64,000 bases of DNA from assembly GCA_051362555.1 (NCBI GenBank), contig CM120640.1, forward strand, positions 29,655,967 to 29,719,966, given 5' to 3'. Under the pieces are notes generated by a model, which was not told where the DNA came from, did no database searches, and saw nothing but the letters and a program-made list of their open reading frames with translations. Each line of letters opens with the position of its first letter. Position 1 is the first letter of the stretch. This DNA comes from Lingula anatina (lineage: Eukaryota; Animalia; Brachiopoda). A program made the translations under genes and the position numbers. Of the stretch, positions 36,601 to 51,600 are shown one piece after another.

Positions 36601-39600
36601 AAAACTGAAAATGACATTGAAAAGAACGCCATATTCCATGGCTTAAAATAGTTAAACGTTAATAATTTTTACAAATCTTGACTTAAATTTGTGGAATTTG
36701 GATAGATGATGCATAACAACAATAGAAATCTGTGATAAGCTCATCAGTTGAATGCGTCTCGTGAAAAAGATTTTTCAGAGCAAATAAATTGCAGAGAACT
36801 GAAAATTACATTGAAAAGACTGCCAAATGAGGTGCCTTAAAATAGTTAAACATTAATTATTTTCACAAATCTTGTCTAATATTTGTGAAATGTGGATAAA
36901 TGGTGCATAACAACAATAAAAATCTGTGATAAGCTCATCAGTTGAATGCGTCTCGTGAAAAAAGATTTCTCAGAGCAAATGAATTGCAGAGATCTGAAAA
37001 TTACATTGATAAAACTACCAAATGCGGTGCCTTAAAATAGTTAAACATTAATAATTTTCACAAATCTTGTCAAATATTTGTGAAATTTTGACAGATGATG
37101 CATAACAACAATAAAAATCTGTGTTAAGCTCATCAGTTGAATGCGTCTTGTCAAAAAGATTTTTTAGAGCAAATGAATTGCAGAAAACTGAAAATGACAT
37201 TGAAAAGACCACCAAATTCCATGGCTTAAAATAGTTAAATGTTAAAAATTTTCACAAATCTTGTTCAACATTTGTGAAATTTGGACAGATGATGCATAAC
37301 AATAATAAAAATCTGTGATAAGTCGATCATTTATATGTGTCTCGTGAAAAAGAATTTTAAGAGCATATAAATGTGAGAAAACTGAAAATGATATTGAAAA
37401 GACTGCCAAATTCCATACCATAAAATAGTTAAACGTTAATAATTTTCACAAATCTTGACTAATATTTGTGGAATTTGTATAGATGATGCATAACAACAAT
37501 AGAAATCTGTGATAAGCTCGTCAATTGAATGTGTCTCATGAAAGAGATTTTTTTGGACAATAAATTGGAGAAAACTGAAAATAACACTGAAAATACTGCC
37601 AAATTCCATGGTATAAAATAGTTAAATGTAAATAATTTTCATAAATCTTGTCCAATATTTGTGGAATTTGGACAGATGATGCTTAACAATAATGAAAATC
37701 TGTGATAAGCTTAGCAGTTGACAGTGTGTAGTAGAATTGTAGTTGTTTGACATTTTGTATGGGAAGAGTGAGAATTATTTAAAACATTTTTTTTTCGATT
37801 TCACAACATCTAATTAGCCTCACATTAAACATCAATTATTATGATTTGAGTTTTTTTGTGTAAGAGGTGACAAATTACCCATAACTGTCCTCTGGAAAAG
37901 AATATATACCCATTTAAGACATCTTCTTACTACCAATACCAGATGCAAATTCCTCCTTACAATCTGTTTCTGGAATCGGGTTAAGCACACCATTTGAATA
38001 TGTCCTAAAGCTTGCCATATACCATCTATTGTACACATGGATGAGACATAGCATTGCTCTTGCTGTTATCTTTTGCTGTATGTTTTTTTCTACAGGAATT
38101 AGCCCTGACCAGACAGGAAGAATCAGTTCACCAAAGAAGCCATCACGCTGTATGGAAATGGTCACCTGGAAAAAGATCGATATCTTTGAAAAAAGTGAAA
38201 ATTAAATTCTAAAAACTGACAAATTTCCTACACTAAAATAGTTAAACATTTATAATTATGATAAAGTTAACCTTAGCAGTTGACTGTGTCTAATAAAAAG
38301 GATATTTTCGGAACATATAAAATTGAGAAAAGTAAAAATGACATTTAAAAAATTGCGAGATGCGGTGCTTTAAATAGTTAAACGTTAATAATTTTCACAA
38401 ATCTTGTCTAATATTTGTGAAATTGGGATAGATGATGCATAACAACAATAAAAATCTGTGATAAGCTCATCAGTTGAATGCGTCTTGTCAAAAAGATTTT
38501 TCAGAGCAAATGAATTGCAGAAAACTGAAAATGACATTGAAAAGACCACCAAATTCCATGGCTTAAAATAGTTAAATGTTAATAATTTTCACAAATCTTG
38601 TTCAATATTTGTGAAATTTGGACAGATGATGCATAACAACAATAGAAATCTGTGATAAGTTCATCATTTGAATGTGTCTTATGAAAAAGATTTTTCAAAG
38701 CAAAGGAATTGCAGAGAACTGAAAATTACATTGAAAAGACTGCCAAATTCCATACCATAAAATAGTTAAACGTTAATAATTTTCACAAATCTTGACTAAT
38801 ATTTGTGGAATTTGTATAGATGATGCATAACAACAATAGAAATCTGTGATAAGCTCGTCAATTGAATGTGTCTCATGAAAGAGATTTTTTTGGACAATAA
38901 ATTGGAGAAAACTGAAAATAACACTGAAAATACTGCCAAATTCCATGGTATAAAATAGTTAAATGTAAATAATTTTCATAAATCTTGTCCAATATTTGTG
39001 GAATTTGGACAGATGATGCTTAACAATAATGAAAATCTGTGATAAGCTTAGCAGTTGACAGTGTGTAGTAGAATTGTAGTTGTTTGACATTTTGTATGGG
39101 AAGAGTGAGAATTATTTAAAACATTTTTTTTTTTCGATTTCACAACATCTAATTAGCCTCACATTAAACATTAAATATTATGATTTGAGTTTGTTTGTGT
39201 AAGAGGTGACAAATTACCCATAACTGTCCTCTGAAAAAGAATATATACCCATTTAAGACATCTCCTTACTACCAATACCAGATGCAGATTCCTCCTTACA
39301 ATCGGTTTCTGGAATCGGGTTAAGCACACCATTTGACAATGTCCTAAAGCTTGCCATATACCATCTATTGTACACATGGATGAGACATAGCATTGCTCTT
39401 GCTGTTATCTTTTGCTGTATGTTTTTTCTACAGGAATTAGCCCTGACCAGACAGGAAGAATCAGTTCACCAAAAAAGCCATCACGCTGTATGGAAATGGT
39501 CACCTGGAAAAAGAACAATATCTTTGAAAAAAGTGAAAATTAAATTCTAAAAACTGACAAATTTCCTACACTAAAATAGTTAAACATTTATAATTATGAT

Positions 39601-42600
39601 AAAGTTAACCTTAGCAGTTGACTGTGTCTAATAAAAAGGATATTTTCGGAACATATAAAATTGAGAAAAGTAAAAATGACATTTAAAAAATTGCGAGATG
39701 CGGTGCTTTAAATAGTTAAACGTTAATAATTTTCACAAATCTTGTCTAATATTTGTGAAATTGGGATAGATGATGCATAACAACAATAAAAATCTGTGAT
39801 AAGCTCATCAGTTGAATGCGTCTTGTCAAAAAGATTTTTCAGAGCAAATGAATTGCAGAAAACTGAAAATGACATTGAAAAGACCACCAAATTCCATGGC
39901 TTAAAATAGTTAAATGTTAATAATTTTCACAAATCTTGTTCAATATTTGTGAAATTTGGACAGATGATGCATAACAATAATAAAAATCTGTGATAAGTTG
40001 ATCATTTATATGTGTCTCGTGAAAAAGAATTTTAAGAGCATATAAATGTGAGAAAACTGAAAATGATATTGAAAAGACTGCCAAATTCCATACCATAAAA
40101 TAGTTAAACGTTAATAATTTTCACAAATCTTGACTAATATTTGTGGAATTTGTATAGATGATGCATAACAACAAAAGAAATCTGTGATAAGTTTGTCAGT
40201 TGAATGTGTCTCATGAAAGAGATTTTTTTGGACAATAAATTGGAGAAAACTGAAAATAACACTGAAAATACTGCCAAATTCCATGGTATAAAATAGTTAA
40301 ATGTAAATAATTTTCATAAATCTTGTCCAATATTTGTGGAATTTGGACAGATGATGCTTTACAATAATGAAAATCTGTGATAAGCTTAGCAGTTGACAGT
40401 GTGTAGTAGAATTGTAGTTGTTTGACATTTTGTATGGGAAGAGTGAGAATTATTTAAAACATTTTTTTTTCGATTTCACAACATCTAATTAGCCTCACAT
40501 TAAACATTAAATATTATGATTTGAGTTTGTTTGTGTAAGAGGTGACAAATTACCCATAACTGTCCTCTGGAAAAGAATATATACCCATTTAAGACATCTC
40601 CTTACTACCAATACCAGATGCAGATTCCTCCTTACAATCGGTTTCTGGAATCGGGTTAAGCACACCATTTGACAATGTCCTAAAGCTTGCCATATACCAT
40701 CTATTGTACACATGGATGAGACATAGCATTGCTCTTGCTGTTATCTTTTGCTGTATGTTTTTTCTACAGGAATTAGCCCTGACCAGACAGGAAGAATCAG
40801 TTCACCAAAAAAGCCATCACGCTGTATGGAAATGGTCACCTGGAAAAAGAACAATATCTTTGAAAAAAGTGAAAATTAAATTCTAAAAACTGACAAATTT
40901 CCTACACTAAAATAGTTAAACATTTATAATTATGATAAAGTTAACCTTAGCAGTTGACTTTGTGTAATAAAAAGGATATTTTCGGAACATATAAAATTGA
41001 GAAAAGTAAAAATGACATTAAAAAAATTGCGAGATGCGGTGCTTTAAATAGTTAAACGTTAATAATTTTCACAACTCTTGTCTAATATTTGTGAAATTGG
41101 GATAGATGATGCATAACAACAATAAAAATCTGTGATAAGCTCATCAGTTGAATGCGTCTTGTCCAAAAGATTTTTCAGAGCAAATGAATTGCAGAAAACT
41201 GAAAATGACATTGAAAAGACCACCAAATTCCATGGCTTAAAATAGTTAAATGTTAATAATTTTCACAAATCTTGTTCAATATTTGTGAAATTTGGACAGA
41301 TGATGCATAACAACAATAGAAATCTGTGATAATTTCATCATTTGAATGTGTCTTATGAAAAAGATTTTTCAAAGCAAAGGAATTGCAGAGAACTGAAAAT
41401 TACATTGAAAAGACTGCCAAATTCCATACCATAAAATAGTTAAACGTTAATAATTTTCACAAATCTTGACTAATATTTGTGGAATTTGTATAGATGATGC
41501 ATAACAACAATAGAAATCTGTGATAAGCTCATCAGTTGAATGTGTCTCATGAAAGAGATTTTTTTGGACAATAAATTGGAGAAAACTGAAAATAACACTG
41601 AAAATACTGCCAAATTCCATGGTATAAAATAGTTAAATGTAAATAATTTTCATAAATCTTGTCCAATATTTGTGGAATTTGGACAGATGATGCTTAACAA
41701 TAATGAAAATCTGTGATAAGCTTAGCAGTTGACAGTGTGTAGTAGAATTGTAGTTGTTTGACATTTTGTATGGGAAGAGTGAGAATTATTTAAAACATTT
41801 TTTTTTTCAATTTCACAACATCTAATTAGCCTCACATTAAACATTAAATATTATGATTTGAGTTTGTTTGTGTAAGAGGTGACAAATTACCCATAACTGT
41901 CCTCTGAAAAAGACTATATACCCATTTAAGACATCTCCTTACTACCAATACCAGATGCAGATTCCTCCTTACAATCGGTTTCTGGAATCGGGTTAAGCAC
42001 ACCATTTGACAATGTCCTAAAGCTTGCCATATACCATCTATTGTACACATGGATGAGACATAGCATTGCTCTTGCTGTTATCTTTTGCTGTATGTTTTTT
42101 CTACAGGAATTAGCCCTGACCAGACAGGAAGAATCAGTTCACCAAAAAAGCCATCACGCTGTATGGAAATGGTCACCTGGAAAAAGAACAATATCTTTGA
42201 AAAAAGTGAAAATTAAATTCTAAAAACTGACAAATTTCCTACACTAAAATAGTTAAACATTTATAATTATGATAAAATTAACCTTAGCAGTTGACTTTGT
42301 GTAATAAAAAGGATATTTTCGGAACATATAAAATTGAGAAAAGTAAAAATGACATTAAAAAAATTGCGAGATGCGGTGCTTTAAATAGTTAAACGTTAAT
42401 AATTTTCACAAATCTTGTCTAATATTTGTGAAATTGGGATAGATGATGCATAACAACAATAAAAATCTGTGATAAGCTCATCAGTTGAATGCGTCTTGTC
42501 AAAAAGATTTTTCAGAGCAAATGAATTGCAGAAAACTGAAAATGACATTGAAAAGACCACCAAATTCCATGGCTTAAAATAGTTAAATGTTAATAATTTT

Positions 42601-45600
42601 CACAAATCTTGTTCAATATTTGTGAAATTTGGACAGATGATGCATAACAATAATAAAAATCTGTGATAAGTTGATCATTTATATGTGTCTCGTGAAAAAG
42701 AATTTTAAGAGCATATAAATGTGAGAAAACTGAAAATGATATTGAAAAGACTGCCAAATTCCATACCATAAAATAGTTAAACGTTAATAATTTTCACAAA
42801 TCTTGACTAATATTTGTGGAATTTGTATAGATGATGCATAACAACAAAAGAAATCTGTGATAAGTTTGTCAGTTGAATGTGTCTCATGAAAGAGATTTTT
42901 TTGGACAATAAATTGGAGAAAACTGAAAATAACACTGAAAATACTGCCAAATTCCATGGTATAAAATAGTTAAATGTAAATAATTTTCATAAATCTTGTC
43001 CAATATTTGTGGAATTTGGACAGATGATGCTTTACAATAATGAAAATCTGTGATAAGCTTAGCAGTTGACAGTGTGTATTAGAATTGTAGTTGTTTGACA
43101 TTTTGTATGGGAAGAGTGAGAATTATTTAAAACATTTTTTTTTCGATTTCACAACATCTAATTAGCCTCACATTAAACATTAAATATTATGATTTGAGTT
43201 TGTTTGTGTAAGAGGTGACAAATTACCCATAACTGTCCTCTGGAAAAGAATATATACCCATTTAAGACATCTCCTTACTACCAATACCAGATGCAGATTC
43301 CTCCTTACAATCGGTTTCTGGAATCGGGTTAAGCACACCATTTGACAATGTCCTAAAGCTTGCCATATACCATCTATTGTACACATGGATGAGACATAGC
43401 ATTGCTCTTGCTGTTATCTTTTGCTGTATGTTTTTTCTACAGGAATTAGCCCTGACCAGACAGGAAGAATCAGTTCACCAAAAAAGCCATCACGCTGTAT
43501 GGAAATGGTCACCTGGAAAAAGAACAATATCTTTGAAAAAAGTGAAAATTAAATTCTAAAAACTGACAAATTTCCCGCACTAAAATAGTTAAACATTTAT
43601 AATTTTGATAAAGTTAACCTTAACAGTTGACTGTGTCTAATAAAAAGGATATTTTTGGAACATATAAAATTGAGAAAACTAAAAATTACATTGATAATAC
43701 TGCCAAATGCGGTGCCTTAAAATAGTTAAACATAAATAATTTTCACAAATCTTGTTCAATATTTGTGAAATTTGGACAGATGATGCATAACAACAATAGA
43801 AATCTGTGATAAGTTCATCATTTGAATGTGTCTTATGAAAAAGATTTTTCAAAGCAAAGGAATTGCAGAGAACTGAAAATTACATTGAAAAGACTGCCAA
43901 ATTCCATACCATAAAATAGTTAAATGTAAATAATTTTCACAAATCTTGACTAATATTTGTGGAATTTGTATAGATGATGCATAACAACAATAGAAATCTG
44001 TGATAAGCTCGTCAATTGAATGTGTCTCATGAAAGAGATTTTTTTGGACAATAAATTGGAGAAAACTGAAAATAACACTGAAAATACTGCCAAATTCCAT
44101 GGTATAAAATAGTTAAATGTAAATAATTTTCATAAATCTTGTCCAATATTTGTGGAATTTGGACAGATGATGCTTTACAATAATGAAAATCTGTGATAAG
44201 CTTAGCAGTTGACAGTGTGTAGTAGAATTGTAGTTGTTTGACATTTTGTATGGGAAGAGTGAGAATTATTTAAAACATTTTTTTTTTCGATTTCACAACA
44301 TCTAATTAGCCTCACATTAAACATTAAATATTATGATTTGAGTTTGTTTGTGTAAGAGGTGACAAATTACCCATAACTGTCCTCTGAAAAAGAATATATA
44401 CCCATTTAAGACATCTCCTTACTACCAATACCAGATGCAGATTCCTCCTTACAATCGGTTTCTGGAATCGGGTTAAGCACACCATTTGACAATGTCCTAA
44501 AGCTTGCCATATACCATCTATTGTACACATGGATGAGACATAGCATTGCTCTTGCTGTTATCTTTTGCTGTATGTTTTTTCTACAGGAATTAGCCCTGAC
44601 CAGACAGGAAGAATCAGTTCACCAAAAAAGCCATCACGCTGTATGGAAATGGTCACCTGGAAAAAGAACAATATCTTTGAAAAAAGTGAAAATTAAATTC
44701 TAAAAACTGACAAATTTCCTACACTAAAATAGTTAAACATTTATAATTATGATAAAGTTAACCTTAGCAGTTGACTTTGTGTAATAAAAAGGATATTTTC
44801 GGAACATATAAAATTGAGAAAAGTAAAAATGACATTAAAAAAATTGCGAGATGCGGTGCTTTAAATAGTTAAACGTTAATAATTTTCACAAATCTTGTCT
44901 AATATTTGTGAAATTGGGATAGATGATGCATAACAACAATAAAAATCTGTGATAAGCTCATCAGTTGAATGCGTCTTGTCCAAAAGATTTTTCAGAGCAA
45001 ATGAATTGCAGAAAACTGAAAATGACATTGAAAAGACCACCAAATTCCATGGCTTAAAATAGTTAAATGTTAATAATTTTCACAAATCTTGTTCAATATT
45101 TGTGAAATTTGGACAGATGATGCATAACAACAATAGAAATCTGTGATAATTTCATCATTTGAATGTGTCTTATGAAAAAGATTTTTCAAAGCAAAGGAAT
45201 TGCAGAGAACTGAAAATTACATTGAAAAGACTGCCAAATTCCATACCATAAAATAGTTAAACGTTAATAATTTTCACAAATCTTGACTAATATTTGTGGA
45301 ATTTGTATAGATGATGCATAACAACAATAGAAATCTGTGATAAGCTCGTCAATTGAATGTGTCTCATGAAAGAGATTTTTTTGGACAATAAATTGGAGAA
45401 AACTGAAAATAACACTGAAAATACTGCCAAATTCCATGGTATAAAATAGTTAAATGTAAATAATTTTCATAAATCTTGTCCAATATTTGTGGAATTTGGA
45501 CAGATGATGCTTAACAATAATGAAAATCTGTGATAAGCTTAGCAGTTGACAGTGTGTAGTAGAATTGTAGTTGTTTGACATTTTGTATGGGAAGAGTGAG

Positions 45601-48600
45601 AATTATTTAAAACATTTTTTTTTTCGATTTCACAACATCTAATTAGCCTCACATTAAACATTAAATATTATGATTTGAGTTTGTTTGTGTAAGAGGTGAC
45701 AAATTACCCATAACTGTCCTCTGAAAAAGAATATATACCCATTTAAGACATCTCCTTACTACCAATACCAGATGCAGATTCCTCCTTACAATCGGTTTCT
45801 GGAATCGGGTTAAGCACACCATTTGACAATGTCCTAAAGCTTGCCATATACCATCTATTGTACACATGGATGAGACATAGCATTGCTCTTGCTGTTATCT
45901 TTTGCTGTATGTTTTTTTCTACAGGAATTAGCCCTGACCAGACAGGAAGAATCAGTTCACCAAAGAAGCCATCACGCTGTATGGAAATGGTCACCTGGAA
46001 AAAGATCGATATCTTTGAAAAAAGTGAAAATTAAATTCTAAAAACTGACAAATTTCCTACACTAAAATAGTTAAACATTTATAATTATGATAAAGTTAAC
46101 CTTAGCAGTTGACTGTGTCTAATAAAAAGGATATTTTCGGAACATATAAAATTGAGAAAAGTAAAAATGACATTTAAAAAATTGCGAGATGCGGTGCTTT
46201 AAATAGTTAAACGTTAATAATTTTCACAAATCTTGTCTAATATTTGTGAAATTGGGATAGATGATGCATAACAACAATAAAAATCTGTGATAAGCTCATC
46301 AGTTGAATGCGTCTTGTCAAAAAGATTTTTCAGAGCAAATGAATTGCAGAAAACTGAAAATGACATTGAAAAGACCACCAAATTCCATGGCTTAAAATAG
46401 TTAAATGTTAATAATTTTCATAAATCTTGTTCAATATTTGTGAAATTTGGACAGATGATGCATAACAACAATAGAAATCTGTGATAAGTTCATCATTTGA
46501 ATGTGTCTTATGAAAAAGATTTTTCAAAGCAAAGGAATTGCAGAGAACTGAAAATTACATTGAAAAGACTGCCAAATTCCATACCATAAAATAGTTAAAC
46601 GTTAATAATTTTCACAAATCTTGACTAATATTTGTGGAATTTGTATAGATGATGCATAACAACAATAGAAATCTGTGATAAGCTCGTCAATTGAATGTGT
46701 CTCATGAAAGAGATTTTTTTGGACAATAAATTGGAGAAAACTGAAAATAACACTGAAAATACTGCCAAATTCCATGGTATAAAATAGTTAAATGTAAATA
46801 ATTTTCATAAATCTTGTCCAATATTTGTGGAATTTGGACAGATGATGCTTAACAATAATGAAAATCTGTGATAAGCTTAGCAGTTGACAGTGTGTAGTAG
46901 AATTGTAGTTGTTTGACATTTTGTATGGGAAGAGTGAGAATTATTTAAAACATTTTTTTTTTTCGATTTCACAACATCTAATTAGCCTCACATTAAACAT
47001 TAAATATTATGATTTGAGTTTGTTTGTGTAAGAGGTGACAAATTACCCATAACTGTCCTCTGAAAAAGAATATATACCCATTTAAGACATCTCCTTACTA
47101 CCAATACCAGATGCAGATTCCTCCTTACAATCGGTTTCTGGAATCGGGTTAAGCACACCATTTGACAATGTCCTAAAGCTTGCCATATACCATCTATTGT
47201 ACACATGGATGAGACATAGCATTGCTCTTGCTGTTATCTTTTGCTGTATGTTTTTTCTACAGGAATTAGCCCTGACCAGACAGGAAGAATCAGTTCACCA
47301 AAAAAGCCATCACGCTGTATGGAAATGGTCACCTGGAAAAAGAACAATATCTTTGAAAAAAGTGAAAATTAAATTCTAAAAACTGACAAATTTCCTACAC
47401 TAAAATAGTTAAACATTTATAATTATGATAAAGTTAACCTTAGCAGTTGACTGTGTCTAATAAAAAGGATATTTTCGGAACATATAAAATTGAGAAAAGT
47501 AAAAATGACATTTAAAAAATTGCGAGATGCGGTGCTTTAAATAGTTAAACGTTAATAATTTTCACAAATCTTGTCTAATATTTGTGAAATTGGGATAGAT
47601 GATGCATAACAACAATAAAAATCTGTGATAAGCTCATCAGTTGAATGCGTCTTGTCAAAAAGATTTTTCAGAGCAAATGAATTGCAGAAAACTGAAAATG
47701 ACATTGAAAAGACCACCAAATTCCATGGCTTAAAATAGTTAAATGTTAATAATTTTCACAAATCTTGTTCAATATTTGTGAAATTTGGACAGATGATGCA
47801 TAACAATAATAAAAATCTGTGATAAGTTGATCATTTATATGTGTCTCGTGAAAAAGAATTTTAAGAGCATATAAATGTGAGAAAACTGAAAATGATATTG
47901 AAAAGACTGCCAAATTCCATACCATAAAATAGTTAAACGTTAATAATTTTCACAAATCTTGACTAATATTTGTGGAATTTGTATAGATGATGCATAACAA
48001 CAAAAGAAATCTGTGATAAGTTTGTCAGTTGAATGTGTCTCATGAAAGAGATTTTTTTGGACAATAAATTGGAGAAAACTGAAAATAACACTGAAAATAC
48101 TGCCAAATTCCATGGTATAAAATAGTTAAATGTAAATAATTTTCATAAATCTTGTCCAATATTTGTGGAATTTGGACAGATGATGCTTTACAATAATGAA
48201 AATCTGTGATAAGCTTAGCAGTTGACAGTGTGTAGTAGAATTGTAGTTGTTTGACATTTTGTATGGGAAGAGTGAGAATTATTTAAAACATTTTTTTTTC
48301 GATTTCACAACATCTAATTAGCCTCACATTAAACATTAAATATTATGATTTGAGTTTGTTTGTGTAAGAGGTGACAAATTACCCATAACTGTCCTCTGGA
48401 AAAGAATATATACCCATTTAAGACATCTCCTTACTACCAATACCAGATGCAGATTCCTCCTTACAATCGGTTTCTGGAATCGGGTTAAGCACACCATTTG
48501 ACAATGTCCTAAAGCTTGCCATATACCATCTATTGTACACATGGATGAGACATAGCATTGCTCTTGCTGTTATCTTTTGCTGTATGTTTTTTCTACAGGA

Positions 48601-51600
48601 ATTAGCCCTGACCAGACAGGAAGAATCAGTTCACCAAAAAAGCCATCACGCTGTATGGAAATGGTCACCTGGAAAAAGATCGATATCTTTGAAAAAAGTG
48701 AAAATTAAATTCTAAAAACTGACAAATTTCCTACACTAAAATAGTTAAACATTTATAATTATGATAAAGTTAACCTTAGCAGTTGACTTTGTGTAATAAA
48801 AAGGATATTTTCGGAACATATAAAATTGAGAAAAGTAAAAATGACATTAAAAAAATTGCGAGATGCGGTGCTTTAAATAGTTAAACGTTAATAATTTTCA
48901 CAACTCTTGTCTAATATTTGTGAAATTGGGATAGATGATGCATAACAACAATAAAAATCTGTGATAAGCTCATCAGTTGAATGCGTCTTGTCCAAAAGAT
49001 TTTTCAGAGCAAATGAATTGCAGAAAACTGAAAATGACATTGAAAAGACCACCAAATTCCATGGCTTAAAATAGTTAAATGTTAATAATTTTCACAAATC
49101 TTGTTCAATATTTGTGAAATTTGGACAGATGATGCATAACAACAATAGAAATCTGTGATAATTTCATCATTTGAATGTGTCTTATGAAAAAGATTTTTCA
49201 AAGCAAAGGAATTGCAGAGAACTGAAAATTACATTGAAAAGACTGCCAAATTCCATACCATAAAATAGTTAAACGTTAATAATTTTCACAAATCTTGACT
49301 AATATTTGTGGAATTTGTATAGATGATGCATAACAACAATAGAAATCTGTGATAAGCTCATCAGTTGAATGTGTCTCATGAAAGAGATTTTTTTGGACAA
49401 TAAATTGGAGAAAACTGAAAATAACACTGAAAATACTGCCAAATTCCATAGTATAAAATAGTTAAATGTAAATAATTTTCATAAATCTTGTCCAATATTT
49501 GTGGAATTTGGACAGATGATGCTTAACAATAATGAAAATCTGTGATAAGCTTAGCAGTTGACAGTGTGTAGTAGAATTGTAGTTGTTTGACATTTTGTAT
49601 GGGAAGAGTGAGAATTATTTAAAACATTTTTTTTTTCAATTTCACAACATCTAATTAGCCTCACATTAAACATTAAATATTATGATTTGAGTTTGTTTGT
49701 GTAAGAGGTGACAAATTACCCATAACTGTCCTCTGAAAAAGACTATATACCCATTTAAGACATCTCCTTACTACCAATACCAGATGCAGATTCCTCCTTA
49801 CAATCGGTTTCTGGAATCGGGTTAAGCACACCATTTGACAATGTCCTAAAGCTTGCCATATACCATCTATTGTACACATGGATGAGACATAGCATTGCTC
49901 TTGCTGTTATCTTTTGCTGTATGTTTTTTCTACAGGAATTAGCCCTGACCAGACAGGAAGAATCAGTTCACCAAAAAAGCCATCACGCTGTATGGAAATG
50001 GTCACCTGGAAAAAGAACAATATCTTTGAAAAAAGTGAAAATTAAATTCTAAAAACTGACAAATTTCCTACACTAAAATAGTTAAACATTTATAATTATG
50101 ATAAAATTAACCTTAGCAGTTGACTTTGTGTAATAAAAAGGATATTTTCGGAACATATAAAATTGAGAAAAGTAAAAATGACATTAAAAAAATTGCGAGA
50201 TGCGGTGCTTTAAATAGTTAAACGTTAATAATTTTCACAAATCTTGTCTAATATTTGTGAAATTGGGATAGATGATGCATAACAACAATAAAAATCTGTG
50301 ATAAGCTCATCAGTTGAATGCGTCTTGTCAAAAAGATTTTTCAGAGCAAATGAATTGCAGAAAACTGAAAATGACATTGAAAAGACCACCAAATTCCATG
50401 GCTTAAAATAGTTAAATGTTAATAATTTTCACAAATCTTGTTCAATATTTGTGAAATTTGGACAGATGATGCATAACAATAATAAAAATCTGTGATAAGT
50501 TGATCATTTATATGTGTCTCGTGAAAAAGAATTTTAAGAGCATATAAATGTGAGAAAACTGAAAATGATATTGAAAAGACTGCCAAATTCCATACCATAA
50601 AATAGTTAAACGTTAATAATTTTCACAAATCTTGACTAATATTTGTGGAATTTGTATAGATGATGCATAACAACAAAAGAAATCTGTGATAAGTTTGTCA
50701 GTTGAATGTGTCTCATGAAAGAGATTTTTTTGGACAATAAATTGGAGAAAACTGAAAATAACACTGAAAATACTGCCAAATTCCATGGTATAAAATAGTT
50801 AAATGTAAATAATTTTCATAAATCTTGTCCAATATTTGTGGAATTTGGACAGATGATGCTTTACAATAATGAAAATCTGTGATAAGCTTAGCAGTTGACA
50901 GTGTGTAGTAGAATTGTAGTTGTTTGACATTTTGTATGGGAAGAGTGAGAATTATTTAAAACATTTTTTTTTCGATTTCACAACATCTAATTAGCCTCAC
51001 ATTAAACATTAAATATTATGATTTGAGTTTGTTTGTGTAAGAGGTGACAAATTACCCATAACTGTCCTCTGGAAAAGAATATATACCCATTTAAGACATC
51101 TCCTTACTACCAATACCAGATGCAGATTCCTCCTTACAATCGGTTTCTGGAATCGGGTTAAGCACACCATTTGACAATGTCCTAAAGCTTGCCATATACC
51201 ATCTATTGTACACATGGATGAGACATAGCATTGCTCTTGCTGTTATCTTTTGCTGTATGTTTTTTCTACAGGAATTAGCCCTGACCAGACAGGAAGAATC
51301 AGTTCACCAAAAAAGCCATCACGCTGTATGGAAATGGTCACCTGGAAAAAGAACAATATCTTTGAAAAAAGTGAAAATTAAATTCTAAAAACTGACAAAT
51401 TTCCCGCACTAAAATAGTTAAACATTTATAATTTTGATAAAGTTAACCTTAACAGTTGACTGTGTCTAATAAAAAGGATATTTTTGGAACATATAAAATT
51501 GAGAAAACTAAAAATTACATTGATAATACTGCCAAATGCGGTGCCTTAAAATAGTTAAACATAAATAATTTTCACAAATCTTGTTCAATATTTGTGAAAT

